A DNA stretch of 58,863 nt, the filler included. It is 4 parts of 4 records of this genome, joined end to end, with 100 filler letters (N's around TTAATTAATTAA, not from the genome) between each part and the next. Parts side by side here need not be neighbours in the genome. Positions count along the whole stretch, not along the records: positions 1 to 23,667 come from DRR723986_6465; positions 23,768 to 40,396 come from DRR723986_6481; 2 more parts are not named here. The stretch is one strand, 5' to 3'. Position numbers and translations under genes: made by a program. Positions 23,126 through 33,316 of this stretch are shown piece after piece. Positions within the stretch are counted from its first letter, which is position 1, and the number at the start of each line of letters is the position of its first letter. The notes below the pieces were generated by a model, which ran no database searches, was not told where the DNA came from, and worked only from the letters and a program-made list of their open reading frames with translations.

Positions 23126-23193
23126 GTCCTTCGTAGCAGGCACCGACAGAGCCGTTGCGACTTGCCCAGGAAAGGCAGAACAAGGGGATTGGC

Positions 23194-23667
23194 ATGCGTG
23201 TATTGTTGATTGAGGATGACAGCGCCACGGCGCAGAGCATCGAGCTGATGCTGAAGTCCGAGAACTTCAACGTCTACACGACAGATCTTGGCGAGGAAGG
23301 CATCGACCTCGGCAAACTGTACGATTACGACATCATTATGTTGGATTTGAACCTGCCGGACATGTCCGGTTACGAGGTTCTCCGGACACTACGTGTTTCC
23401 AAGGTCAAGACACCGATCCTGATCCTTTCCGGTAACGCGGGTATCGAAGACAAGGTTCGCGGCCTCGGCTTCGGCGCCGACGATTACATGACCAAGCCGT
23501 TCCACAAGGACGAGCTGGTCGCGCGTATCCACGCAATCGTCCGCCGCTCCAAGGGGCACGCACAGTCGGTCATCGTCACTGGCGACCTGAAGGTCAACCT
23601 GGACACCAAAACCGTCGAAGTCGGCGGCCAGCGCGTCCATCTGACCGGCAAGGAATACCAGATGCTG
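23194..23667 (+). CDS. ctrA: Cell-cycle response regulator CtrA, 3'-truncated by the contig end
   Basis: [46 protein letters not shown]. Confidence 0.98.
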
Positions 23668-23767
23668 NNNNNNNNNNNNNNNNNNNNNNNNNNNNNNNNN
23701 NNNNNNNNNNNTTAATTAATTAANNNNNNNNNNNNNNNNNNNNNNNNNNNNNNNNNNNNNNNNNNNN
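23668..23767. other. Artificial contig spacer
   Basis: N-run with TTAATTAATTAA (stops in all frames) at 23712-23723. Confidence 0.99.
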
Positions 23768-23768
23768 G

Positions 23769-23798
23769 CCAGAGCCAGAGCCAGAGCCAGAGCCGGAA
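23769..23798 (+). repeat. (CCAGAG)4 hexamer repeat plus one variant unit, encoding Pro-Glu
   Basis: Seen at the contig start. Confidence 0.9.
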
Positions 23799-24590
23799 GC
23801 CACAAGTCGTTCAATTGAGGTTGAGACTGCACCTTTCGATTCTGCAGCCGAAACAGGCGCAACAGTTGAGCTGATACCGGAGGATTTGAGTGATTCTGCG
23901 GCAGAAGCGCTCACCGCTGATCAGGCTGAAGTCTCAGAGCCGGAAAGCGCCGAACCCGAGTCTCAAGACTTTGAAAAAGCGCCTGACTCTGCCCCTGAGT
24001 CGGTGACTGAAGAACCAGAGCCAAAACCGACTGAGAGTGCTGCGGCCCGCAAGCCTCCCGAGATGAGTTCGCACCTGCGCATCATTGAAACCGCTCCGGC
24101 CGACAGGCCAACGTCTAGCGCCTGGCGCAGCCGCAACATCAGGTTGATTCCCGGGCTTGAGTTTACGCCCCTGCGATTTGAGAGTCATGCCGGCCGAGAG
24201 TTTGACCGTTCCGTGACCATGCCCGAGCCACCGGCGTTTCCAGAAATTTCCTACGAATCAGGCGGAACCACGGACAAAGGTGCCGCTCCAGCCCAGTCCC
24301 AAGGCGAAGAGTCGCACACGCGTGACAATCTCAAAGAGTTTGCGCGCCAGATAAGCGAACTCCATGGCGGTCAGCAGGCCGGTGGATTTGACAGTAAAAA
24401 TTTGCAGAGCCGCCAGGTTCCCAAAATGGGCGAGATCCTGATCAGCGAAACGATAGCGAACCTGTTTGTGCGGCAGCGCGCATACACCGAAGCGATTGAC
24501 GCATTTGCGGCGCTGGCAAGTTATTATCCGGAGCGTGCTGCAGAATTCCGCAAGCGCATTAGAGAAATCAAGCGCAAGCTCAAAAGCTGA
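23769..24590 (+). CDS. Acidic low-complexity protein with a C-terminal TPR-like helical motif, 5'-truncated
   Basis: Frame is open from the contig start (PEPEPEPEPE...); ISETIANLFVRQRAYTEAIDAFAALASYYPE resembles an FCB-group C-terminal TPR module. Confidence 0.75.
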   Translation, partial: PEPEPEPEPEATSRSIEVETAPFDSAAETGATVELIPEDLSDSAAEALTADQAEVSEPESAEPESQDFEKAPDSAPESVTEEPEPKPTESAAARKPPEMSSHLRIIETAPADRPTSSAWRSRNIRLIPGLEFTPLRFESHAGREFDRSVTMPEPPAFPEISYESGGTTDKGAAPAQSQGEESHTRDNLKEFARQISELHGGQQAGGFDSKNLQSRQVPKMGEILISETIANLFVRQRAYTEAIDAFAALASYYPERAAEFRKRIREIKRKLKS

Positions 24591-24946
24591 CACCCGGGCT
24601 TGCGCCAGGCTCCTCTTCCATAATAAGCGTTAATGTAGTTTCAACTCCTGCAGGATTCAGCCGAATTGCTGATGCTGTTGAGGCATTAATGTGTGCCGTT
24701 CAACTGTGTTTTGTGGTCGGTTTAAGTTTTAGCGCACAGAATCTAATCACAATAGCGCTATACTTGCCAGTCAAAGATCATTGTCCCGGCTCCGGCGTCG
24801 CTCAGTCGATTTGACAGCAGAGCAGTGGTTTTGAAAAAATAAACTGATCTTGGGTGACGAAAATTGCCTCTACGCCGTCTGCGTAAACTCCTGGCGTCTT
24901 AACAGTGATTCAGCGAGCACTGCCTGCTTGTTTTTCTCAAATGCTC

Positions 24947-26311
24947 ATGTCCAAAATTTCACGATACATTCTTGCAGCGCATCTGGGGCCGTTTCTCTTC
25001 GGCTCCGTGACTGTGATGTTTCTGTTCCTGCTGCAGTTCCTCTACAAGTTCGTAGATCAGCTTGTTGGCAAAGGACTAGGCCTGTGGATCATCGTCCAGT
25101 TGATTGGCCTCAATCTGGCATGGATGGTGGTATTGGCAGTGCCCATGGGCGTGCTCGTAGCTACGCTGATGGCCTTTGGGAATATGTCCGGTGCTAATGA
25201 AGTGACAATTATCAAGTCGGGCGGTGGCAGTTTGATTCGGATGATGACTCCGGTTGCCGCTGCGTCCATCACTGTCTTTGTTCTGTTGTTCCTGTTTAAC
25301 GATAAGGTTCTACCGGATGCGAATCATCAGGCTAAGATTCTGCTGCATGATATCCAGCGCAAAAAGCCGACGTTCGCGATTCAGGAAGGGCAGTTCAGCT
25401 CGGCAATAGAAGGTTATAGCATTCTGGCGCGCACGATCGATTCGGCGAGCGGCGGAATGCACGGCGTCACAATTTATGACAAAACCAGTGCTGACGAGCG
25501 CAGCATCATCTCGGCCGACAGCGGCTTTGTCGCATTCTCCACGGACATGGGACATCTGATTGTAAGCCTGTACCACGGCGAGATTCATCAGAGCAAAACA
25601 CGAGATCCCGCAGAGTTCCGGCGCATCAATTTTAAGCAGCATCGCGTGGTGATGGAGACCAAGGGTTTTGAGTTCTCGCGCTCAGAGTCTGATGTTTTTT
25701 CGCGTGGAGATCGTGAGATGCGCGTGGCCGACATGGAGAAGAAGGTCGCCCGCAATCAGCAGGAGCAGTCACGCCTCGATTCGAATATCAACGTCAAAAT
25801 GCAGAAGCATTTTGACTACCTGTTTACGAATGGTCCAGACTCGGTTACGCGCCGCAGTTCAAACTTTTCCGAAGACCTGACACGTTCGGAAGCGGCCGGC
25901 CGCGCCGAAAAACGTCTACGCGCTATACGCGCAACCTTGGATGCTGATATTGCGATGATGGCGCAGGAGGCCAGGGAAGAGCGCCGTCTGCAGGTGGAAA
26001 TCCACAAGAAATATGCAATTCCATTTGCCTGTGTTGTGTTCATGCTGGTGGGCTGCCCGCTCGGCATCATAACCAAGAAGGGCAACTTCGGCATCAGTGC
26101 TGCAATCACCCTGGGTTTCTACATTGTGTATTGGGCCGGCTTGATTGGCGGGGAAAAACTTGCTGATCGGGGGCTGATTTCACCGGTGTTTATGTGGTTT
26201 GCCAACGCGCTGATTGGTGTGACGGGGATCATCCTGACCCTGCGTGTTTCGAATGAAAATTTCTCGCTCGGTCTTGGGCGACTTAAGCGTTCCAAAGCCA
26301 AGAGTGAATGA
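24947..26311 (+). CDS. LptF/LptG family LPS export permease
   Basis: ISRYIL...PFLFG, LAVPMGVLVATLMAFGNMSGANEVTIIKSGG, EIHKKYAIPFAC; long periplasmic part as in FCB-group LptF. Confidence 0.92.
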   Translation: MSKISRYILAAHLGPFLFGSVTVMFLFLLQFLYKFVDQLVGKGLGLWIIVQLIGLNLAWMVVLAVPMGVLVATLMAFGNMSGANEVTIIKSGGGSLIRMMTPVAAASITVFVLLFLFNDKVLPDANHQAKILLHDIQRKKPTFAIQEGQFSSAIEGYSILARTIDSASGGMHGVTIYDKTSADERSIISADSGFVAFSTDMGHLIVSLYHGEIHQSKTRDPAEFRRINFKQHRVVMETKGFEFSRSESDVFSRGDREMRVADMEKKVARNQQEQSRLDSNINVKMQKHFDYLFTNGPDSVTRRSSNFSEDLTRSEAAGRAEKRLRAIRATLDADIAMMAQEAREERRLQVEIHKKYAIPFACVVFMLVGCPLGIITKKGNFGISAAITLGFYIVYWAGLIGGEKLADRGLISPVFMWFANALIGVTGIILTLRVSNENFSLGLGRLKRSKAKSE

Positions 26312-26363
26312 ATTCTAGCTCGAAGATCTTGACGGCTTGTCGTTTAGAGACGGTCTCACATGA

Positions 26364-27374
26364 TTGAGACTGAGGATGCAGCGACTAACAAGAAAATTCA
26401 AAAAGCGTGCCTGGCACGCAAGGCATTTGCTGGCGCAGAAACTAAGCGGAAATGGATTAGACACCTTGAACAAAAGTAGTTTTCGAAGCCTGAACCTTGC
26501 AGCTGCCTGCCTGGCTGTGCTGTTTTTAGGCGCATGTGCAAGCAATACCACGCATGACCGGATTGAGCTGGAGAATTCGCGAATCTGGACTTTCCACAAA
26601 GTGGGCGCCGCCGACACATCGACGCTGTACGGAACGATGCATGCACAGGACGAACGCGTTTTTGTTGATGAGGCAATTTTGCGTGAACGCATCCCATTAC
26701 ATGACCTTTTGGCGATCGAAATTCATCCGGATTCGATTGGTAATCCTGAGCTTGCGGCCCTGGTGCAGATGCAGGAGGCCACGCTGAGTCAACTGCTCAA
26801 CGAGGATGATTTGCGCAAGTTGGACAGCCTGCTGACAGGATCATTTGGTAGCGGAGTTGCTGCCTTTGAGTCTACTCAGCCCGTGTTTGTCTCAACCCTC
26901 CTGACCGCGGGATTTATGTCGGCCGATCGCGAAATCACGCTCGACCAATATATTGCCGAGCTTGGGCGTGAGGCCGGATTGGAGCTGCATGGACTCGAAA
27001 CACCAACTGAGCAGATTAAAGCGATCACACGTATGTCGCTCGACGATCAGACTGAAATGCTTTCGGCCACAATTAACAATCTGGAAGAGCACCGCGAGTT
27101 GAGCGACGTAATGGTTGATGCATTTGCACGGCATGATATGCGCAAGCTTGATTCCGTGATTACGATTTCAACGAGTGACACCGAAGCGGGCAAGGAAATG
27201 TATGCTCAGCTGTTTCAGCAGCGCAACAAAGTTATGCTGGCACGTATTGAGGAATTGCTTCCGCGCGGCCGGCTGTTTGTAGCTGTTGGTGCCGGACACC
27301 TGAGTGGGCGTGGTGGATTAATCGACTTGCTGCGCAGAAACGGATTCAGAGTCAGTGCTGTTATGCCGAATTAA
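26364..27374 (+). CDS. TraB/GumN family protein, probable lipoprotein (true start probably downstream)
   Basis: LYGTMH, GLETPTEQI, RNKVM, FVAVGAGHLSG..GLIDLLR..GF; lipobox LGAC. Confidence 0.88.
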   Translation: MRLRMQRLTRKFKKRAWHARHLLAQKLSGNGLDTLNKSSFRSLNLAAACLAVLFLGACASNTTHDRIELENSRIWTFHKVGAADTSTLYGTMHAQDERVFVDEAILRERIPLHDLLAIEIHPDSIGNPELAALVQMQEATLSQLLNEDDLRKLDSLLTGSFGSGVAAFESTQPVFVSTLLTAGFMSADREITLDQYIAELGREAGLELHGLETPTEQIKAITRMSLDDQTEMLSATINNLEEHRELSDVMVDAFARHDMRKLDSVITISTSDTEAGKEMYAQLFQQRNKVMLARIEELLPRGRLFVAVGAGHLSGRGGLIDLLRRNGFRVSAVMPN

Positions 27375-27530
27375 TTTTGCCGATGTGCTAGGCTCAACAC
27401 GTGCGGCCTGCGGTCGAATAACAGCAGTCGAAAAGTTTATCGATCCACTGAAGCGGCAAAATTGAATGATAGTGCCGGCGCACGAGCTTTACAGAATGTG
27501 AGAACGGGGGCGCCTGCCGTATCGCTTATT

Positions 27531-28181
27531 ATGCGAAAAATCTTAAAACGAATATTGCGCATTTCACTTATAACTGGGTTTACCGGGCTGTTGCTGGTGG
27601 GTGCCTGCAACTTGTGGGTCGTTTACAGCACTGATACGCGCGTTTTTGCTGCGCTTGACTCTGTGCCCCACAACCGTGTTGGCCTGGTTTTGGGAGCGAG
27701 TAAACGCACGCGCAGTGGCAATCCGAATCCATATTTCCGCAATCGCATGCGCGCTGCTGCCGATCTCTATCATTCCGGCAAGGTGCGGTATCTGCTGTTA
27801 AGCGGTGACAACTCCGAACGCTATTACAACGAACCGATTGACATGCAGAAAGCTCTGCTGGAGCTGGGCGTCCCCGCAAGCGCAATTACGCTGGACTATG
27901 CCGGCTTCCGTACGCTGGATGCAGTCGTCCGCTCGCGCAAAGTCTTCGGTCAGGAAAGCCTGACAATCGTTTCTCAGGAATTTCACACCTATCGCGCCCT
28001 ATTTCTAAGTGATCACTACGAAATTGATGCTGTGGCCTATTGTGCTGATGACGCTGATGTGCCCTGGGATACAATGATGAATTTCCGCGAGTATCTGGCG
28101 CGTGTAAAGGCTGTGCTGGATATTTATATCCTTGCAAAAGAGCCCAGGTTCCTGGGCGAAGAAATTTCGATACCTACCTGA
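27531..28181 (+). CDS. sanA: SanA/YdcF (DUF218) family protein
   Basis: GLVLGAS, LLSGDN...YNEP..M, LDYAGFRTLDAVVRS..VFG, SQEFH..RA, REYLARVKA. Confidence 0.9.
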   Translation: MRKILKRILRISLITGFTGLLLVGACNLWVVYSTDTRVFAALDSVPHNRVGLVLGASKRTRSGNPNPYFRNRMRAAADLYHSGKVRYLLLSGDNSERYYNEPIDMQKALLELGVPASAITLDYAGFRTLDAVVRSRKVFGQESLTIVSQEFHTYRALFLSDHYEIDAVAYCADDADVPWDTMMNFREYLARVKAVLDIYILAKEPRFLGEEISIPT

Positions 28182-28186
28182 AAATA

Positions 28187-28210
28187 AACTTTCAATAAGT
28201 TTTGAAGGTT
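28187..28210. promoter_or_regulatory. Candidate operator 1 of the GbsR/MarR regulator
   Basis: AACTTTCAA-N6-TTGAAGGTT near-perfect palindrome upstream of the regulator. Confidence 0.65.
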
Positions 28211-28235
28211 CGGATAATAGCCGTAAGTTGCAAAC

Positions 28236-28757
28236 ATGAAATTAAAAGAAGCACGACAGCAGTTCATTCAGTCTTGGGGCATCATGGGTTCCCAATGGGG
28301 CATTAACCGTACGATGTCGCAGGTGCACGCGCTTCTCTTAATTTCCGAAGAGGCAATGTGTGCGGACGATATTATGGCCGAGTTGAACATCTCGCGCGGT
28401 AATGCGAACATGAACATCCGGGCTTTACTTGATTGGGGGCTTGTCTACAAACACCTCAAAACAGGTGAACGCAAAGAGTATTTTATTGCTGAAAAAGACC
28501 TGTGGATGGCTGCGCGCAAAGTGATCAAAGAGCGCAAGAAGCGAGAACTGGAGCCAGTTCTTGATATGCTCGAAACCCTGAACGAGAGTGAAGTCAAGGG
28601 TGACGCGACTGAAGTGCAACAGTTCAAAAGCCGTGTGGCAGATGTTAGAACCTTTGCCGAACAATCAGATAAGCTATTGAATCGCATCGTCAAAGCCGAC
28701 CGCAAATGGTTCCTGGGTGGATTCGCTAAAATGTTTGGCAAAAAGAGTGACCTGTAA
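28236..28757 (+). CDS. GbsR/MarR family transcriptional regulator
   Basis: FIQSWGIMGSQWGINRTMSQVHALL, ISRGNANMNIRALLDWGLV, GERKEYF.AEKD. Confidence 0.92.
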   Translation: MKLKEARQQFIQSWGIMGSQWGINRTMSQVHALLLISEEAMCADDIMAELNISRGNANMNIRALLDWGLVYKHLKTGERKEYFIAEKDLWMAARKVIKERKKRELEPVLDMLETLNESEVKGDATEVQQFKSRVADVRTFAEQSDKLLNRIVKADRKWFLGGFAKMFGKKSDL

Positions 28758-28776
28758 GCAAATTTTTTTTGTCGGC

Positions 28777-28800
28777 AACTTTCAGAAAATATTGAATGGA
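28777..28800. promoter_or_regulatory. Candidate operator 2 of the GbsR/MarR regulator
   Basis: AACTTTCAG-N6-TTGAATGGA, same core and spacing as operator 1. Confidence 0.55.
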
Positions 28801-28932
28801 TTGTACAACTTGGTGAATCTGAAGAGTCAGATAACAAGTTCCAATCCAAAAGCTCGGATACATTGACCGAGCTGCTCCGCCAAGGTGGCGCATGTCAAGG
28901 CCAGGTGGGGTTACAAGAAGTGCAAAAGCTCT

Positions 28933-29700
28933 ATGGACATCATACTATTTCATACTGATGAAGGCCTGGCCGCCAAGCTGCACGAAGACTTTATGCTTCG
29001 CTTCGGTCGGGAGGAGTTGTCCATTAAAAGTTTCTACTGCATCGAGACTTGGGACTCCATTGCGGATTCGGTCAAAGGCGCAACCTTCGATCCGTTCTAT
29101 CACGCCTGGACACAACTTGGATCTACAGATATTGTGATAAATGTAGTCGATCACGCCGTCAGGAGCGACGAGTATTGCTACGAGCGATATCATTACGGGT
29201 TGCCGGGCCTTCTGCTGGCTAATCGTCACTTTCTCGGCAATCCGCATATAATTCACGTCTCTGCGGAAGGTGTAGCCGACAGTGACTCTACGAGCGACAA
29301 GGATTTATATCTGCTTTCTCGTAATCAGGGTGATGTTTTGCTGGCCGGCGAGCCGCAAGTCGATGTACTGCAAACCAGATTTTTTAGTGCCGATTCAGTC
29401 GCATCTCCCGGTGGCACATGGAATATCTTTCGTCGTAATCGCGCCAATGCACAAAACACAAACGCGCTGAATCCGAATTCGTCGGAAGCGCAAATCCTGT
29501 CCAACATGGTGTGTAAGCGCGTCGAAGTGATCAGGGCCTCATTGAGTGACCCGCTTGTTTCGAAGTGGAGTAATTCCTTAGAGCGCAGATCGGCGGCAAT
29601 GCAAGTTGCCGGGAGTTTCGGTGACGCAAACCTCACATTTGAGCCTTTTGAAGATGGTGTAGAAGAATTGAACGTGCTGCAGACGCAGTACAAAAAGTAG
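28933..29700 (+). CDS. Degenerate atypical SDR (NDUFA9/epimerase-like) Rossmann protein
   Basis: DIVINVV, YERYHY, IIHVSAEG and YLLSR align by eye with SDR motifs DxVIN, VH, HVSALG and YxxSK; no GxxGxxG. Confidence 0.55.
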   Translation: MDIILFHTDEGLAAKLHEDFMLRFGREELSIKSFYCIETWDSIADSVKGATFDPFYHAWTQLGSTDIVINVVDHAVRSDEYCYERYHYGLPGLLLANRHFLGNPHIIHVSAEGVADSDSTSDKDLYLLSRNQGDVLLAGEPQVDVLQTRFFSADSVASPGGTWNIFRRNRANAQNTNALNPNSSEAQILSNMVCKRVEVIRASLSDPLVSKWSNSLERRSAAMQVAGSFGDANLTFEPFEDGVEELNVLQTQYKK

Positions 29701-29748
29701 CCTGACTCGCGCATACGCGCATCGCGAACGACTTCGGTCGTAACGCTC

Positions 29749-29783
29749 AAGCCTTGCGGTTCCTTCCCCGCAAGGCTTTTTTT
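29749..29783 (+). terminator. Rho-independent terminator
   Basis: AAGCCTTGCGG-8nt-CCGCAAGGCTT followed by a T-run. Confidence 0.88.
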
Positions 29784-29900
29784 ATGTCAAATTTTGCGAC
29801 ATGAGTATCTTGCGCTTTACGACTATAGCTCCAGACTTGTAGTCTGAGTTTTTGCTCTGCACGTTAGAACTCTACATCACGGAACAACTGGAAAACTGAC

Positions 29901-30269
29901 ATGCGATCATTTATAGCACGACTACTGATAAACGCAGGGGCCCTGTGGGTTGCAACTGAGTGGGTCGAAGGTGTCTCAATTGACCCCGGCATTGGCGCAC
30001 TTTTGCTTGTGGCTCTGGTCTTTGGTCTGATCAATGCATTACTCAAGCCCATCGTCAAATTTCTATCATTTCCGCTCATTATCCTCTCGCTGGGCCTGTT
30101 CACCCTGATCATCAACACTGGCATGTTCATGTTTACTGACTGGCTAATGGACTCGTTCCACGTCAGTGGGTTTGAGGCTGCCTTCTGGGGGGCTCTGGTT
30201 GTGAGCCTGGTGAGCTGGCTTCTCAGTCTGATTTTCGACGAAAGTGGCAAGGACAAAAAGGACGATTGA
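29901..30269 (+). CDS. 4-TM phage holin family / YvlD-like membrane protein
   Basis: ALVFGLINALLKPIVKFLSFPLIILSLGLFTLIIN, F.VSGF.AAFWGAL. Confidence 0.9.
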   Translation: MRSFIARLLINAGALWVATEWVEGVSIDPGIGALLLVALVFGLINALLKPIVKFLSFPLIILSLGLFTLIINTGMFMFTDWLMDSFHVSGFEAAFWGALVVSLVSWLLSLIFDESGKDKKDD

Positions 30270-30383
30270 TTTTGGTCTTTTGGGCTCAGAAAAAGCTTAA
30301 GAACACTTCGCTCCGCTCTCAGCCCCTCCGGGTCTTTTCACGTAGCTTGTTTTTTCTTTTTGTTAGTCCTTGGGATTGGAGTC

Positions 30384-31139
30384 TCAAGCCTCACAGACTT
30401 GCACCTGACCTTCGTCGATGCTTAGGAAGTGTGCTGGAAAGTCTGTCCAGCAGCCGCTATTGTAATACGTGGTATTGTCTTTCTGGATGTGCACTGATCT
30501 ATGTGTGTGGCCACAGAAGACCACATCCGCGCCTCTATTCTCGGCATATTTGATGGCATCATGTCCCAGTGATTCGGACACGCGCAGCCACTTTTTACTG
30601 CGTTGTTTGATCCAGCGGCTAAATCGCTGATCTTTTCCATCCAGACGTTGCAGGACAAGGTAGAAACCACATGCCAGCGAGGTCAGCAGCAAATGATTGG
30701 TGATATACTTGTCGAACTGATGTCCGTGAATTGCCAGAAACGTTTTGCCATGCGAACGCCAAACGTATTCCTCAAAAACCTGAACACCCAGCAGGTGTGA
30801 GAGTATTTCAGCAGCACCATCATGATTCCCGGCGACCCACACTACTTCGCATTCGCGTTTTGGATTAGCCAGCTTGCGCAGGTAAGACAAGAATTGCCAG
30901 TCACTTTTGTCGAGGCGCTTGAAGTTCAGGTCATCAAAAACATCACCATTCAGGATCAGTCGTTTGATTCTAAATTTCTTCAGGGTTTTGAGCAGGTCCT
31001 GTGAACGCGAAACATGTGACCCAAGGTGAATGTCGGATACAATCAAGGTATCCACTTCCGTGACGCTCGCGTCAGTGGTCTTGAGTCCATTTTCGTTGTC
31101 ATCTGACTGAAGCAGTATCTTGTAATCTTTGAGTTCCAT
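30384..31139 (-). CDS. LpxH-like calcineurin-family metallophosphoesterase (UDP-2,3-diacylglucosamine diphosphatase-like)
   Basis: SDIHLG, NGDVFD, GNHD, IHGHQFD, CGHTH, YYNSGCW. Confidence 0.88.
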   Translation of the reverse strand: MELKDYKILLQSDDNENGLKTTDASVTEVDTLIVSDIHLGSHVSRSQDLLKTLKKFRIKRLILNGDVFDDLNFKRLDKSDWQFLSYLRKLANPKRECEVVWVAGNHDGAAEILSHLLGVQVFEEYVWRSHGKTFLAIHGHQFDKYITNHLLLTSLACGFYLVLQRLDGKDQRFSRWIKQRSKKWLRVSESLGHDAIKYAENRGADVVFCGHTHRSVHIQKDNTTYYNSGCWTDFPAHFLSIDEGQVQVCEA

Positions 31140-31682
31140 TGTAACTCGCGTGCCGCTGTCTTAATCGCAGGTTCCTGCCAAGCTCAATAGGCAGGCTCTA
31201 AATGCATGACCAAATTAAAGGAATTATTCGGTGCCGCCAAGTTAAAGATTTGCAATAAATTGGTTGCCCATATGTGAATGACACATAGCCCTTGGGAATA
31301 GTTTCTACCCGACGGATTATTGCCCAAAACTCGCGGTCTTGAGGTAAAGGTAACAGTGATCTTTGGATTCGTTCTTGGGGGCGTTTCTGTCTGCCCAAGC
31401 TGCTTTTAGCAGTAGAGCGTGCGGTGGGGAGGCTCAATTCCAAGCCACCGAGAACATCTGGCCCTGGGACTTTTCTGAAACACCGTAACCTTACCGAGCA
31501 TTGGCCGGCAATGATTGGCCCCGGATATCGGAACACAAGATCAAACTAAGGGCAAACGCGGAAGTACACTTTTTGCATTGAGGAACGGAAAAATAATGGC
31601 CAGGTCAATTGTTAAGTCACCGTTAAATTCTGCAAGCGCTGGAATGGCTACTACAACAGAAACTTAACCATATGGTATGTGC

Positions 31683-33023
31683 TCATCGGCGAAGATCAAC
31701 AGCATTTAGGTTATGTGAAATTAACTTCTCACCCCTGGAGTCAAAGACTGTTATTAGCATTGTCCGTTCTTCCAGTGGACCGTCAAAGTTCAATATTGCA
31801 AAATTGCGTTGCCCTACACTTGTTCCTTCTACTCGATGATAATTTGGTTCAGAGGATTTGCCATAAGTACCGGATGTTAAAGGCGAAACCGTAATCTCAT
31901 TGAGAGGGTAAGTGCCGCGTCGCTTCATAGTGCTAACATCTGTATGGTGTTTGTCACCACTCAAAAATACAACACCGTTTATCTGGTTCTGCTCTATTTC
32001 TCTAAGTAGTTCGGCACGTTCCTCATTGTAGTTTGCATAGTTTTCCCACTTGGCAACCGGGTTAAGTACCTGCCCGCCAATGCAAACCAACTTAAATGGC
32101 GCCTTACTAAAGGATAAGGCATTGATTAGCCAATTTAACTGTTTCTTGCCCAATATTTGACGAGTTCCGGTTTTACGTTTGTTGGATGTACGGTAGTAGC
32201 GGTTATCAAGCAGGAAAAGATCAACATCATTCCACTGAACAACGGTCATGACTCCCGGCATATCTTTGAACCCATAAGAAGGATTTGCCCAAAACAGCTT
32301 AAACACGTTCAATGCGGTTTCTTTGTTCCAGAAGCTTCCGTCAGCATCGTTAGGTCCAAAATCGTGGTCATCCCAAATGGCCAGATGGTTGCAGCTTGCC
32401 ATTAGTTTTTGCATCTCCGGCATTTTGCGCCAATGTGAATAGCGGTAGGCCATGCCACTAAATGTATTCCAATCTGGTTCACGGAAATATACATTATCAC
32501 CGAGCCATAGCATTAGGTCTGGTTTTTGTGCAGCAATACTCTCGTAAATATGGTAGTCTCCACCGTAGGGTTGCCCTGGTCTGTCGTATGCTGAATCATT
32601 GGTATACGAGCAGGACCCCAGTGCAATACTAAAGGCTGGCGGGTTTTCGCGATGTTGCCATAGTTTTTGAGTTTGCAGCTCAGTGGCGTATTCAAAATCT
32701 AGTTTCTTTCCGTCTAAAACAACATGGTAATTGTATGTTGTTCCAGGTTCAAGTCTGTCAAGTGTAAATAGGGCTGTATAGGCATTTTTGCGCTTCGTTT
32801 CTACTGGTTCTGAGTACAGAACGACGTCGTTGTCGCCTTTTTTGTGGTAGTGGATTTCAACTGATTGTTCATTTACAGTTTGGAGCCAAACCTTGGCTTC
32901 AAACATATCCGTATAGCCAAGCATTGGTCCTGCATTCAATTCAGGCTCATTTGCTACGCTAAACTGGATTGCGGCAAGGAAGCATGCTATAAAGAGCATT
33001 GTGGGGTAGAGCGGTCGTGTCAT
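31683..33023 (-). CDS. PhoD-like alkaline phosphatase D family protein (start uncertain; frame open to 33080)
   Basis: Signal peptide; LGSC, WLGDNVY, IWDDHDFGPND, LLDNRYYR, LSGDKH. Confidence 0.9.
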   Translation of the reverse strand: MTRPLYPTMLFIACFLAAIQFSVANEPELNAGPMLGYTDMFEAKVWLQTVNEQSVEIHYHKKGDNDVVLYSEPVETKRKNAYTALFTLDRLEPGTTYNYHVVLDGKKLDFEYATELQTQKLWQHRENPPAFSIALGSCSYTNDSAYDRPGQPYGGDYHIYESIAAQKPDLMLWLGDNVYFREPDWNTFSGMAYRYSHWRKMPEMQKLMASCNHLAIWDDHDFGPNDADGSFWNKETALNVFKLFWANPSYGFKDMPGVMTVVQWNDVDLFLLDNRYYRTSNKRKTGTRQILGKKQLNWLINALSFSKAPFKLVCIGGQVLNPVAKWENYANYNEERAELLREIEQNQINGVVFLSGDKHHTDVSTMKRRGTYPLNEITVSPLTSGTYGKSSEPNYHRVEGTSVGQRNFAILNFDGPLEERTMLITVFDSRGEKLISHNLNAVDLRR

Positions 33024-33316
33024 GAGAAGCAACATCCAGAAAATGGTTGAATTGCACAATGCTCCCTTCTGGAGCTTCATAATGAATAATGAAAATTGAG
33101 CGCTGCTGACAAAAGAGCTTAAATATTACTAGAAAAACAATGAAAACTAGGGATAAAGTTGGAGTTGTTTAAGTACCTACTGCTCTAAACAATGAACCTT
33201 AAATTAGTCAAATTATGTGTCGTGTGCTGAAGTTCATGGTGGGGCAGCGTTTCGTTACGGAGTAGAACGATGCTTGTGTTGTTAAGCTTTTTATTTGCAT
33301 CTAGTCCCATGTGATT

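Noticed and set aside
23712..23723. TTAATTAATTAA palindrome seen three times
   Set aside because: Artificial all-frame stop linker inside N spacers; not a CtrA site or att site
26364..27374. TraB name suggesting conjugation
   Set aside because: TraB/GumN is a Tiki-like metalloprotease family; no conjugation genes are present
29901..30269. Holin as evidence of a prophage
   Set aside because: This 4-TM family is common in chromosomes; no endolysin or other phage genes nearby
31264..31332. EFWAIIRRVETIPKGYVSFTYGQ in ORF 31198-31536 resembles the MGMT/Atl IPxGxVxTYGQ motif
   Set aside because: Spacing is off and no downstream PCHRV/PWHRV motif; probably chance, at most a remnant
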